A stretch of 63,255 nucleotides of DNA, the filler included, from Octopus bimaculoides (Eukaryota), in the NCBI RefSeq assembly GCF_001194135.2. It is 5 parts of 4 records of this genome, joined end to end, with 100 filler letters (N's around TTAATTAATTAA, not from the genome) between each part and the next. Parts side by side here need not be neighbours in the genome. Positions count along the whole stretch, not along the records: positions 10,684 to 33,737 come from NC_069005.1; positions 33,838 to 53,151 come from NC_068988.1; 3 more parts are not named here. One strand, 5' to 3'. How positions within the stretch are numbered: the stretch's first letter is position 1; every line of letters begins with the position of its first letter. A program made the position numbers and the translations under genes. The notes below the pieces were generated by a model. It made no database searches. It saw only the letters and a list, made by a program, of their open reading frames with translations, and was not told the DNA's origin. Below are positions 25,712 through 37,871 of the stretch, piece after piece.

Positions 25712-26325
25712 AGGCGGGGGGCTGGCAGAATCGTTAGCACGCCGGGCGAAATGCCTAGCGGTATTAATTCATCTGCTCTTTTACTCTTTTACTTGTTTCA
25801 GTCATTTGACTGTGGCCATGCTGGAGCACCGCCTTTAGTTGAGCAAATCGACCCCGGGACTTATTCTTTGTAAGCCTAGTACTTATTCTATCGGTGTCTT
25901 TTGCCGAACCGCTAAGTTACGTAAACACAACAGCATCGGTTGTCAAGCGATGTTCGGGGGGACAAACACAGACACACAAACATATACACACACATACATA
26001 TACATATATACATATATACGACAGGCTTCTTTCAGTTTCCGTCTACCAAATCCACTCACAAGGCTTTGGTCGGCCTGAGGTTATAGTAGTAGACATTTGC
26101 CCAAGGTGCCACGCAGTAGGACTGAACCTTGAACCATGTGGTTGGTAAGCAAGCTACTTACCACGAGTTCAAATTCTGCGGAGGTCCACTTTGCCTTTCA
26201 TCCTTTCGGGGTCGATTAAATAAGTACTAGTTACGCACTAGGGTCGATGTAACATACTTAATCCATTTGTCTGTCCTTGTTTATCCCCTCTATGTTTAGC
26301 CCCCTGTGGGCAATAAAGAAATATG
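25712..26325 (+). mobile_element. SINE-A (long-tail variant) interrupted by a minus-strand SINE-B (25778-26165)
   Basis: Head aaggcgggggctggcagaatcgttagcacgccgggcgaaatg (25712-25765), then a near-complete reverse SINE-B, then SINE-A resumes at gagttcaaattctgcggagg. Confidence 0.88.
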
Positions 26326-26329
26326 TATT

Positions 26330-26735
26330 CTATCAAGTGGTCAAGTGTTAACAGACGTGCGTCTTGCTTCCCAACCACATAGTTCAGGTTCATTTCACTG
26401 CGTGGCACCCTAGGCATGTGTCTTCTACTACAGCTTTGGGCCAACCAAAGTCTTGTGTGTCGATTTGGTAGACGTAAACCCGTCATATGTGTGTGTGTGT
26501 GTGTGAGTGAGTCTTTCTGTCTGTGTTTGTCCTCCACCATCGCTTGACAACAGGTACTGGTGTGTTTACGTCCCCGTAACTTAGCGGTTCGACAATAAGA
26601 AAACCGATAGAATTAGTACTAAGCTTACAAAAAAAGTAAGTCCTGATGTCGATTTGTTTCTATAAAAACCCTTCAAGGCGGTGCTTCCGTACGGCCGCAG
26701 TCAAATGACTGAAACAAGTAAAAAATAAAAGATCT
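26330..26735 (+). mobile_element. SINE-B, near full length
   Basis: ttgcttcccaaccacatagttcaggttc..tgcgtggcaccctaggc, internal (GT)n, tail cagtcaaatgactgaaacaagtaaaaa. Confidence 0.88.
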
Positions 26736-27214
26736 TTTTCTACAGACATAAATACGGCAGGGTGCACACAGCTATTTGCGCCTGCGTATGGAAACATACA
26801 CACACACTCGCGTTTAGGTAAGCACGAAATAACTAGGTGATGTTGCAGCAAGACCGCAGTTCAAATAAAACCAGTTAAAAGAATAAAACAAAGGATATAT
26901 ACTATGAATTTTTGTCTGCTAAATTTCACTCACTAGGCATTAGTCAATTCGAAGAAGATACTTGCGAACAGTACCGTGTAATGGGACCGAACCAGAACCA
27001 CATGGTTGCAAATCATATATGTTAACCACACAGCTAGTTTATCTTCATGCAGTGAATAAAGGAGACATTCACGTCGACCGTTGACAAAAAAGAAAAATTG
27101 AATCTAACACGACAGCTAGTTAATTATTACAAGTTAATAATAAGCCATTTACAAGCAGTAGAGCTACGTAATTAGTGGAGCTTAACAAGATTACTGTAAT
27201 TAAAGATGTTAAGA

Positions 27215-27430
27215 CTGCGAGACGGTAGAATCGTTAACATGGCTGGCAAAATACTTAGCAACATATCATCTGTCTTTTCGTTTTGAGTTCAAATTTTGCC
27301 GCGGTCGACTTTGCCTTTCATCTTTTCGGTGTTCGATGAAATAATAATAACAAGCTGAGCACTGGGGTCGATGTAATTGACTTATCACTTTACCTCGAAA
27401 TTGCTGGCTCTGTGCCGAAATTTGAAACCA
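27215..27430 (+). mobile_element. SINE-A copy
   Basis: gtagaatcgttaac..gagttcaaattttgccgcggtcgactttgcctttcatc. Confidence 0.85.
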
Positions 27431-29340
27431 ATATTTGAAGATGCTCATCTCTCTCAACATCTCACTCTTTCTTTCTATCTCTTACTCTGTCTCCCTGACC
27501 ATCTGTCTTTCTCTCACACACTTCTTTCCCCCTCTCTCTCATATACTGTGTCCCCCTCCATCTCTTACTCTTATCTATTTATCTGTCTTTATCTTCTCAA
27601 CTTAATTTCTCTGGTGCCAACTTTCCATATCGTTCTTTTGAAATTGATAAAATAGGCGTCATTCTTTTAATGTATCCGATCCGATCGATTCTGCACTTCC
27701 CTTATAACCATGTTGTGTTGCTCTAATGTATGCCATCAGTTGTCTCAGAAATCACTCAAACTTCACAACCTCCACACTATTTCTATAGTATCTATTTACA
27801 GCTTTGTGGACAAAACAGAGAATAAATAGATATTCATTATTATACACTATGTGCAGCGCCAATGATAGGTTCAAACCACTTTTGCTTCAGTCAATAAAAT
27901 CTGAATCAGTGACTTTCACACTTTTAGAAAAGATTATATTAATGACTGAATGACAAGAGAACAGGAATTCGAAATTGACTTCATTGGCTTACATCTGTTT
28001 CTGCTATAGGATGTTGTACACGCACTCAGCTTATTATAACAGAAACAACGATAAGGTCATAAATATTATTACGTAATATTTGGTCACTTCGCATCTACTA
28101 TGATAATAATCTTCTGTTTTTTTCTTCATCACTACATATGAATGAGAAAGGAAGGGGTGATAGATGAATAAGGAAGGAAGGGGTGATGGCAAACTGGTAG
28201 TGGGATGAAGGAAATTCTACGGTGAAAAAAATCAGCGTTTCAACTCCAAATTATAATCTAAATAGAAACATTACGACGGGTCACAGAATACAATAAAAAA
28301 GTATATGTATGTGTAATTAAAAGGGAGGTATGTGAATGTGTGTGTGTGTGGGGGGGGGGGGGTGTTTGTGTGTGTGCAATGGAAGGGAAATGGTGAACAT
28401 TCAACGCTGAAAAGAAAACTCAAACAGCGTTTCAACTCTCTGTAAGTATATGTATGTGTGTATGTGTGTCTGTGTACAAGAGAAGTATGTGAATGTTTGT
28501 ATGTGTGAACTAGCGTTCTTTAAGTAACAACTGATGATCAATGTCACATCTCAAACGACAACCACTAGATAACATTGACAAGTGTATTAATTTCATTTAC
28601 CATCCATATTCTATCCCGTATTCAGTCACGGCCAGCTTTATGTGACCTTAAATAGTACAAGGAAAGAAAACTTTAAAATTTTTTTGAAGGAAACAAGCAG
28701 TCAAGGGATGTTAGTTGCGAGAGATTTTTCACCAAAACAAATGGTAATAAAAGGATTATTAAACTAAAATCTTGGTTTTGTACGTTATTCATATATAAAG
28801 TACGGTAATTAGCCGTCGTTTTTGACGACACGGGGCCAGCTAGTTCAATGATAAACAGTATATTCAGTTCTCAACCGACGTTTTATTCGAAACCATATAT
28901 TTATACCAACTTAAACGTTGATATTCTGTTAGAACAAACTGTGTTGCTGTAGATATGATGAGAGAAACTCCCACTACCTCACGGTAACTACTTTAGTCTA
29001 CTTTGCTCTAATAGAACATCCACGTTTAAGAGGGGAAGAATATTACGTCTCGAGATTAATACTGCCTCTGACGCTCATAAATATTTTAAAAACTATTTGT
29101 ATATTGAGTTCTAACAATTGGTGATTAGCGTCGCTATACCTGAGCCAAATCAGCCTTTCCAGAATGAAGGCCAACTGAGAATCACGAAATCCCAAGATGT
29201 AAACGATTCACAGACAACAAACATATCGAAGAGAAACGCTGCCTGAGAATCAATGAACAAGTAACAGAAGCCATATGAGTGTGTGTGTGTATGTGTGTGA
29301 GTGAGTATGTGTAGGTTTTTATTATAACTAAACATAAAAC

Positions 29341-29385
<45 letters not shown>

Positions 29386-29417
29386 ACATGTATCTATATG
29401 AAAGCATGGTTACATAC

Positions 29418-29444
<27 letters not shown>

Positions 29445-29455
<11 letters not shown>

Positions 29456-29923
29456 TCTTTTACTCTTTTACTTGTTTCAGNNNNNNNNNNNNNNNNNNNN
29501 NNNNNNNNNNNNNNNNNNNNNNNNNNNNNNNNNNNNNNNNNNNNNNNNNNNNNNNNNNNNNNNNNNNNNNNNNNNNNNNNNNNNNNNNNNNNNNNNNNNN
29601 NNTTCGTAAGCCTAGTACTTATTCTATCGGTCTTTTTTGCCGAACCGGTAAGTAACGGGGACGTAAACACACCAGCATCGGTTGTCAAGCGAAGTTGGGG
29701 GGACAAACACAGACACAAACATATACACACACATACATATATATATATATATACATATATACGACAGGCTTCTTTCAGTTTTCATCTACCAAACCATTCA
29801 CATGGTTTTGATCGGCCCGAGGCTATAGTAGAAGACACTTGCCCAAGGTGTCACGCAGTGGGACTGAACCCGGAACTATGTGGTTCGTAAGCAAGCTACT
29901 TACCACACAGCAACTCCTATGCC
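29445..29923 (-). mobile_element. SINE-B, full length with an internal N gap
   Basis: Tail tactcttttactcttttacttgtttcag, body and head ..ccacacagcaactcctatgcc. Confidence 0.9.
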
Positions 29924-29934
29924 TATATATATAT

Positions 29935-30315
29935 ATATGCACAGACGTGGCTATGTGTTATGAATGTTCCTTTTGCGAGGCACCTTGGGCAACCGTCTTC
30001 TATTATAGCCTCGGGCCAACCAAAGCCTTGTAGGTGGAGTTGGTAGACGGAAACTGAAAGAAGCCCGTCGCATATGTGTGCGCGAGCGTGCTCGTGCGTG
30101 TCTTTGTGTCTGTGTTTGTTCGCAACCACAAGCTTAACAACGGGTATTGTTTTGTTTATGTCACCCGTAACTTAGCGGTTCGGCAAAAAGTAAGATAAAA
30201 TAAGTACCTGGCTTTAAAAAATATAAGTACTGGGGTCGATTCGATCGACTGAAATTCTTCAAGGTGGTGCCTCAGCATGGCTTCCATTCTCTAGCTGAGA
30301 CTAGTAAAAGAAAAA
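29935..30315 (+). mobile_element. SINE-B, head-to-head with the preceding copy
   Basis: gaggcaccttgggcaaccg..gtagacggaaactgaaagaagcccgtcg..cttagcggttcggcaaaa. Confidence 0.85.
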
Positions 30316-30337
30316 TATATATATATATGTATGTGTG

Positions 30338-30385
<48 letters not shown>

Positions 30386-30557
30386 TACATGCACACATGC
30401 ACACACTCACGAACCACAACATATAAAGGTAGAGTCAGAGGACTGAGAGATGAGAGAGTAAGAAAAATATCGGTATCTGTGTGCTTACATGTGTGCGTAT
30501 ATATATATATATGTGTATGTGTGTGAGTGTGTGTGTGTGTGTGTGTGTCTCTCTCTC

Positions 30558-30611
<54 letters not shown>

Positions 30612-31165
30612 TCTCTCTCTCTGTGTTCGTGCGTGTGTACAAATAATGGAGCAAATGTTTTCTTCTAATTTCCGCAACTGCGAACAATACGGGAAGAAAA
30701 TAACAAGGAATTCGTTAATATCCATCGTGACACAAGACATACAAAAGATTCTGAAACGTTGAGAACAGATAATAATGATTTCTGTAGAATAGAAGAGAAG
30801 GGACGGATTCCATAGTTGTTCATTGAGATTTATCTACTGTATACAAACATATATGGATGTACATATAGACATATACATACACACACACACTCACAGTCAT
30901 GTATACACACACACATATGTATACAACCGAAAGGCAGAAATACGTATATAATATATCTATATATCTATGCATACAAACAGACACAAACACATATATATAT
31001 ATATTTATATATATANNNNNNNNNNNNNNNNNNNNNNNNNNNNNNNNNNNNNNNNNNNNNNNNNNNNNNNNNNNNNNNNNNNNNNNNNNNNNNNNNNNNN
31101 NNNNNNNNNNNNNNNNNNNNNNNNNNNNNNNNNNNNNNNNNNNNNNNNNNNNNNNNNNNNNNNNN

Positions 31166-31204
<39 letters not shown>

Positions 31205-31415
31205 CATAGTATATATATTTTGTATCATATTATACTATATTATAGTATGCTGTATATTATATAGTTATTTCATATGGAACATAAATTTAAATTATAGATA
31301 TTTTCTTATAGTTTTTTTTTTTTTTTGTTAATAATGGTAATCTGTGACTCCTGAAATACATAAACAATAACGCATATATACACAGACACACACAGAAAAA
31401 TGTGTGTGTATGTGT

Positions 31416-31454
<39 letters not shown>

Positions 31455-31644
31455 TGTATGTGGGTGTGTCTGTGTGTTTCTATGTATTTCTGCACACGTG
31501 TATATATGTATATATATATAATTTTTGTGTATTGACAAATTGTTTTTGATTGCTACAGTCTACAACGGCATATTAGTACCATGCGACGATAAGTTTCTAG
31601 CATTTATGTCATGTAACTCTCAACTCTGGCTTGTCATAAACAAC

Positions 31645-32015
31645 ACTATCCAACATGGCTGTGTGGTAAGAAGCTTGCTTCCGAACCACATGGACCCGTG
31701 TTCATTTCCACTGCGTGGCACTTTGGGCAAGTGTCTTCTATTGTAGCCTCGGGCCTTGTGAGTGGATTTGGCAGACGGAAACTGATAGAACCCGTCATGT
31801 GTGTGTGTGTGTGTGTGTGTGTGCGTGCGTGCGTGCGTGGGNNNNNNNNNNGGGTGTTTACGTGTGTGTGTGTGTGTGTGTGCGTACGTGTCTGTCTGTG
31901 TGTATGTTTGTGCTCCACCATCGCTTAACAACCGATGCTGGTGTGTTTATGCTCCCGTAACTTAACGGTTCGGCAAAACACACTGATAGAATAAGTACTA
32001 GGTTAACAAAGCATA
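31645..32015 (+). mobile_element. SINE-B copy
   Basis: atggctgtgtggtaagaagcttgcttccgaaccacatgg head, internal (GT)n with a small gap. Confidence 0.88.
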
Positions 32016-32419
32016 ATTCCTGGGTTGTTTTGTTCTTGGTATTGTGGCACATATGTGCATCATATTCTTGCTATCATCTCTTCCAAAACGTGTGGCTGGT
32101 TCTACACATGCCTTCAACACTCAGATCAAATCGTGTGGGTTTTCCGACAACTTACATTTATTCATTCAATACGGCACAGCTTCAACTTGCAAAAATCCAA
32201 AAGTTCTCTGGCGATAGAATGAAAGTGGAAGGAGACAGGTAAAGGATATTACTGGAAGTCTCTTGCTGGATCTCTACACAGTCGATGCCCATTGGGTGAT
32301 GGCCGTTCCAGCACAGAACTTGTGAGTAACTGTGCTGTCCGTGTCCTTGAGTGGTGACAAAGCAGGTCTATTTAGACACATCACTGCTTTCCCCAACAGG
32401 GGGAAGGGCGAGAAAAGGA

Positions 32420-32710
32420 GTTCCAAACATTGCTTACTCACCGTTCTGGAGTTAAGGATGTTTCCTGGTTCGAGTGAGTTCTTTAGGATACTCGCGTGTT
32501 TGGCTATGCTTAACTTACAACGCTTCGTCCCGTTGATGTAGGGGCCAGAGTTCTCGAGGGTTTTCCATGAGATCGAGTATGGAATCCCATCGTCTCTTAG
32601 TTGCCAGACGTGGCTGGCCATTAATGTTACGTATATCCTTTCCGGAACCCCGAAGGGGACCTCTGGTTGGAGATACGTTGCTTAAAAGAGTTCCAGGAAC
32701 ATCCAATATA
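32420..32710 (-). mobile_element. Penelope-like element GIY-YIG C-terminal fragment
   Basis: ASHVWQLRDDGIPYSISWKTLENSGPYINGTKRCKL..ILNSR, homologous in pattern to the 20690-21200 fragment. Confidence 0.8.
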
Positions 32711-32781
32711 TATAAAAGAAAAAAAAGAAAATGGAAATTGGAAAGTTAATAATTGTTTATTATTAATAGTAAATTGATCAT

Positions 32782-32862
32782 CTTCACTGACTGCTGTTTC
32801 AATTAATACAAAAAATTAAATTCATATTTATATGACCTGAGCATAATATCTTCAGAGGGAAA
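32782..32862 (-). ncRNA. Hammerhead ribozyme motif with intact core, upstream of the PLE fragment
   Basis: Minus strand: TTTCCCT-CTGAAGA-t-ATTATGC..GTATTAAT-t-GAAAC-AGCA-GTC-AGTGAAG. Stem I is 7 positions with 1 mismatch; GUC triplet; stem III ACAGCAGT is one base from the palindrome ACAGCTGT. Confidence 0.72.
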
Positions 32863-34331
32863 AAAATATACACTTAGATGTTTTATATGTGTTTATGGAT
32901 TCATTGTAGCAGCCTGAATGATACGGTGTATGATTTCTATTGTTAAATGTTCGGGCGAGGGGTTAACAGGTCCATTGTAGATAAGACAGAGTTAGTAAAT
33001 AGAATTAGAACAACAAATGAATAAATTAAATAGAGATGATAGAGGAAATTTAAATACAACTAGGGTAAATTTATAGCTAATAAAAGAAAGGAAAATTCGT
33101 TTATAAGGTATTAATAAATAAAGTTATGAAAATTTTTATACATGCAAGTACGCACATGCAAGTACACACATGAATATATGTTTCCATTCGTCCATATGTA
33201 TATATATATATATATATACATATATACACATACAGACACACGCATATACCCACACATATATACATCCACACATACGCACATGCCCGCGCATAAACGTATA
33301 TACGTATATATGCATATACATGTACAAATACATGAATACGTATGCACACCCACACACACATATATGTATATGTGTGCGTTTACTCTTTTTACGCATCACC
33401 CTTACGTGTGTATCTATATATACACACACACATATGAATGTATGTAAAGACACACACATACATATACATACATACATACACATATCATTTTATAGATATT
33501 GTTATTAATTAACAATACTCGAGTCTAGTACATACACACACATACATACATAATACAAACACATATATATATATATGCATCAATGTATATAGCTGTTTTA
33601 GCAAACACTCTACATACATATATATTATGCACACATATATACGTACATATTTGTGCGTGTGTGTGTGTATATATATATATGTATACATATATATGTACAT
33701 ATATGTGTATATATATATATGTACATATATATGTATANNNNNNNNNNNNNNNNNNNNNNNNNNNNNNNNNNNNNNNNNNNNTTAATTAATTAANNNNNNN
33801 NNNNNNNNNNNNNNNNNNNNNNNNNNNNNNNNNNNNNTTGGTTGTCCCGAGGCTATAGTAAAAGACATTTGCCAAGGTGCCACGCACTGGGACTGAACCC
33901 AAAACCATGTGGTTGGTATATATATATATATATATATATATAGTTTCAAAATTTTAGCAGAAACGAAAAAAAGGAGCAAACGGAAATTTCGCACACAGGA
34001 CAAGATGTTGCTCCATTCCTCATTAGTTATCGTCCGTAAGGTCCTTACAATTTTGATGGCGTCATTGGCGAGAAGCTGCTGGGAATAGCGAACGAACAGG
34101 GGACAGTGATGAAAACAAACACAACAAAATGGGAACATACAAGCGAAATAAAATGACTATACATTACACAACAAATAAGGTTTTGCGGTTATAAGATGAC
34201 ACGAATATCTGGGTAAAGCAAGGAAAAATGTCCGAAAGGAGTGGTAACGAAAATAAAAGAAGAATGTAAGAAAACAGACCGTACTGAAAGTAGAGAAGGG
34301 AAGAACGTGAGAGAGAGAAAGAGAGAGAGAG

Positions 34332-34398
<67 letters not shown>

Positions 34399-34899
34399 CT
34401 AATTATAGTTGTCTGCAATCAATAAATGCAAATCTCTAAAATATATTTCATATCTTCAGGCTATATTTTATGGTTTATTATCCATTATAAATTACAATAT
34501 TCATTAATTCGACATTTTCCAGATGTCTGTATATTCATGATTCGGAAAACTAAATTGGAAGTCCATTTTACAATGACATCTGCAAATTCTTATTTGCAGC
34601 ATTCTTTATTTTCTTCCTCTCTCTTCTTCCTATCAAACACTGGCCATTTGTCTAGACTTTACTACGCAGATAGCTCTTGTGAATATATACATTATCTCTT
34701 AATATGTTACTTCTCCTTATAGATTGGCCGAACTAATAGCACCTGACTCATTTTCTCTACTTCACCGTTATACTTATCTGTCTCATCCCTCTCGTATCAT
34801 CCCCTCTCACCCTCTTATCTATATAAACACATACGTTATCCACGTATCTAGTTTTAGGTCTTTAATAAATCTGCCTCTATGTTCACTTCTCTAAATTTG

Positions 34900-34945
34900 A
34901 CTCGCCTTCCGAAGAAGGGATAGGATGCCCCCAAAACAGAAAAGA
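34900..34945 (+). other. Heavily decayed hammerhead-like / pseudo-LTR motif
   Basis: CCGAAGA-A-GGG-ataggatg-CCC-cc-AAAAC. Core altered at U4 and G12. Confidence 0.4.
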
Positions 34946-35075
34946 TTGATGCAGGCAACATTAAGAGAACTGCGCCAATTACGCAATCATTCTTGAAACA
35001 GATGTAAAGATAGATCTGCACTAATATTGATGTGAGTTTGTGTGCGCACGTAGGTTTGTGTTACGAACACACACT

Positions 35076-35111
<36 letters not shown>

Positions 35112-35593
35112 NNNNNNNNNNNNNNNNNNNNNNNNNNNNNNNNNNNNNNNNNNNNNNNNNNNNNNNNNNNNNNNNNNNNNNNNNNNNNNNNNNNNNNNNN
35201 NNNNNNNNNNNNNNNNNNNNNNNNNNNNNNNNNNNNNNNNNNNNNNNNNNNNNNNNNNNNNNNNNNNNNNNNNNNNNNNNNNNNNNNNNNNNNNNNNNNN
35301 NNNNNNNNNNNNNNNNNNNNNNNNNNNNNNNNNNNNNNNNNNNNNNNNNNNNNNNNNNNNNNATATATATAAAGGGAAAAGAGAAACACTTGAAAAGTTC
35401 AGGCTGGAGAATGAATGAATCTGATTTTGTGCCTCAACTATCGACGACTGACTGTAAAGAGATGCGAACTAAGATAAATGTTTTCAATGCAAGAAGTCGG
35501 AAAGTCTAATAACCCATAGTAACTGGAGAGTTCGCGGAGAGATGAGACATACTGAATTAGAATAAGTGTTGAAATGTCGGAAAATAAGTTTAA

Positions 35594-35700
35594 TGTTTAT
35601 CTCAACCCAGCAACTAAGAAACTAACTTGTGGGGTGCCGCTAACAACTTACTCATGCCTCCACTAATCAACAAAATTTAATGTTAAATTCTCTAGACTTA
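35594..35700 (+). repeat. 107-bp direct repeat, copy 1 (copy 2 at 37321-37427)
   Basis: Gap-free alignment, 8 mismatches in 107 by my count. Confidence 0.92.
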
Positions 35701-35854
35701 AATGAAGGGGAAACATTTGGTGCATTGTCACCGGTACAAATACATGAAATATTTATGTCCCAGATAAGGGAGAAGATGTAGTTTGCATCTTGAAAAGAGG
35801 CATTAGATGAGGTCCAAGCTGTACTAAAATTTATGAGGCTAGTATAAATATAGC

Positions 35855-35914
35855 ATAATTAGAGAATTTATAATTAGAGAATTTATAATTAGAGAATTTA
35901 TAATTAGAGAATTT
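35855..35914. repeat. 15-bp tandem repeat (ATAATTAGAGAATTT)x4
   Basis: Direct reading. Confidence 0.95.
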
Positions 35915-36164
35915 ATTTCGAAACAAATTTTGTGTTGTCATTGTGTAAAAGTTTTCAAGGAAAAGGGGGGAAATGAAACTCCGATCTCTGAACTTCACAA
36001 ACGCAGGCGTCAATCTTATGTCATGTGACTGGAAGCCTCACAAAAGTAAAAGAGGATGCGGGATTGTGCTACAGTTCACAGAGCAGTCTCTTGAGTCCTC
36101 GCCCATAGTACCCACACGCATGCACAAACACGCGCGCGCATAATGCACGCATACATACAAACAT

Positions 36165-36221
<57 letters not shown>

Positions 36222-36345
36222 AGGCAGTGCACTGGCAGAATCATTACCGCGTTGGAGAAAATGCTTAGCGGAATTTCTCCCAGTTTTACGTTCTGATATC
36301 AAATTCCGTCGAAGTCGACTTTGCATTTCATCCTTTCGGAGTCAA
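36222..36345 (+). mobile_element. SINE-A, 3'-truncated, following (GTA)n
   Basis: aaggcagtgcactggcagaatc..tcaaattccgtcgaagtcgactttgcatttcatcctttcgg. Confidence 0.8.
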
Positions 36346-36450
36346 TAAACATGTAGCAAGTTTTCTATGAATGCATAGGTATGTACGCATTCATGCATAC
36401 ATGCATTCATGTATATTTCTAATACATGCAAGCATCTCTCTCTCTCTCTA

Positions 36451-36510
<60 letters not shown>

Positions 36511-37429
36511 CTTCTCTCTCTGTATAATATCATGTAAATAGATATATGTATGCATGTGTGTATATGGATTTACGTATGTAGGTATGCATGCATGTATGCA
36601 TGTATGTATGCATGTATGTGTTTATGCAGCTATGAATGTATGTCAACACCATATAGAGAAAGAAAGAGCGAGAGAGAGTATAAATCTTTTACAAGAAAGT
36701 GTAGATTTTCGCTTTTGCTTCCATTCACCTCCATTGTTGTAGCTTTCTATAGCACTTTTAAGTTCATTTCACAAACATTCCTATGAACTGTACTATTGTA
36801 ACATAATTACGCCTGAAACAAGCTAAAAGGTTATCATGAAGAATTTCTTTTGTCTCTTTCAGAGACGGACGAAATCGCTGCCAAAATAATTTCTTAAAAC
36901 ACAGCTTGAGTCATCCCTAACGCAATCAAGAACTTTCACGCCTCCTTTTGTCTAACAGCAAAAGCTCGCTAACTTTCACACTTAAATACGTGTTTAAGAA
37001 GTTTCTGCCACATTTTCAGATTTCTACTCAGTACATCCAATATATTAATTTAGTTCTGAAATTAATACTTGACTTACTTCTCGGTACTTTACAAGCACAC
37101 TTTGCGGAAGCTGTTAAACCATGCAGACACAATCAAAAACGCTTATGATAAGAGATGTTTTACTTCACAAAGTAAACACTTATATCGATTTTTCCTGTTA
37201 CAATCACTTTGACGGTGGTCACAACAATCATACCAACTCTGCTACCAGTATGACAAATATATGGCCATTCGGTTCTACTCAACCACTATCACAGTTGTAA
37301 TTGTTTTCCACTCAGTTTACTGTTTATCTCAACCCAACAACTAAGAACCTAACTTGTGGGGTTCCGCTAACAATTTACTCATGTCTCCACAAATCAACAA
37401 AATTTAACGTTAAAATCTCTAGACTTATA

Positions 37430-37612
37430 GGCGTAGGAATGGTTGTGTAGTGAGTAGCTTGCTTACCAACCACATGATTCTGGGTTCAGTCCCACTGCGT
37501 GGCACCTTGGGCAAGTGTCTTCTACTATAGCCTCGGGCCGACCAAAGCCTTGTGAGTGGATTTGGTAGACGGAAACTGAAAGAAGCCTGTCGTATATATG
37601 TATATATTTATA

Positions 37613-37644
<32 letters not shown>

Positions 37645-37871
37645 TGTGTGTGTGTATGTTTGTGTGTCTGTGTTTGTCGCCCCAACATCGCTTGACAACC
37701 GACGCTGGTGTGTTTACGTCCCCGTAACTTAGCGGTTCTGCAAAAGAGACCAATAGAATAAGTACTAGGCTTACAAAGAATAAGTCCTGGGGGTCGATTT
37801 ACTTGACTAAAGGCGGTGCTCCAGCATGGCCACAGTCAAATGACTGAAACAAGTAAAAGAGTAAAAGAGTA
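37430..37871 (+). mobile_element. SINE-B, best-preserved full-length copy
   Basis: tRNA-like head (B-box GGTTCAGTCCC), GGCACCTTGGGCAAGT (CORE-like from memory), internal (TA)/(GT) microsatellite, tail AAGTAAAAGAGTAAAAGAGT. Confidence 0.92.

Noticed and set aside
28622-28648. gtcacggccagctttatgtgac resembling miR-2
   Set aside because: The seed differs from miR-2 (ATCACAG) and only a 5-bp stem forms, not a pre-miRNA hairpin.
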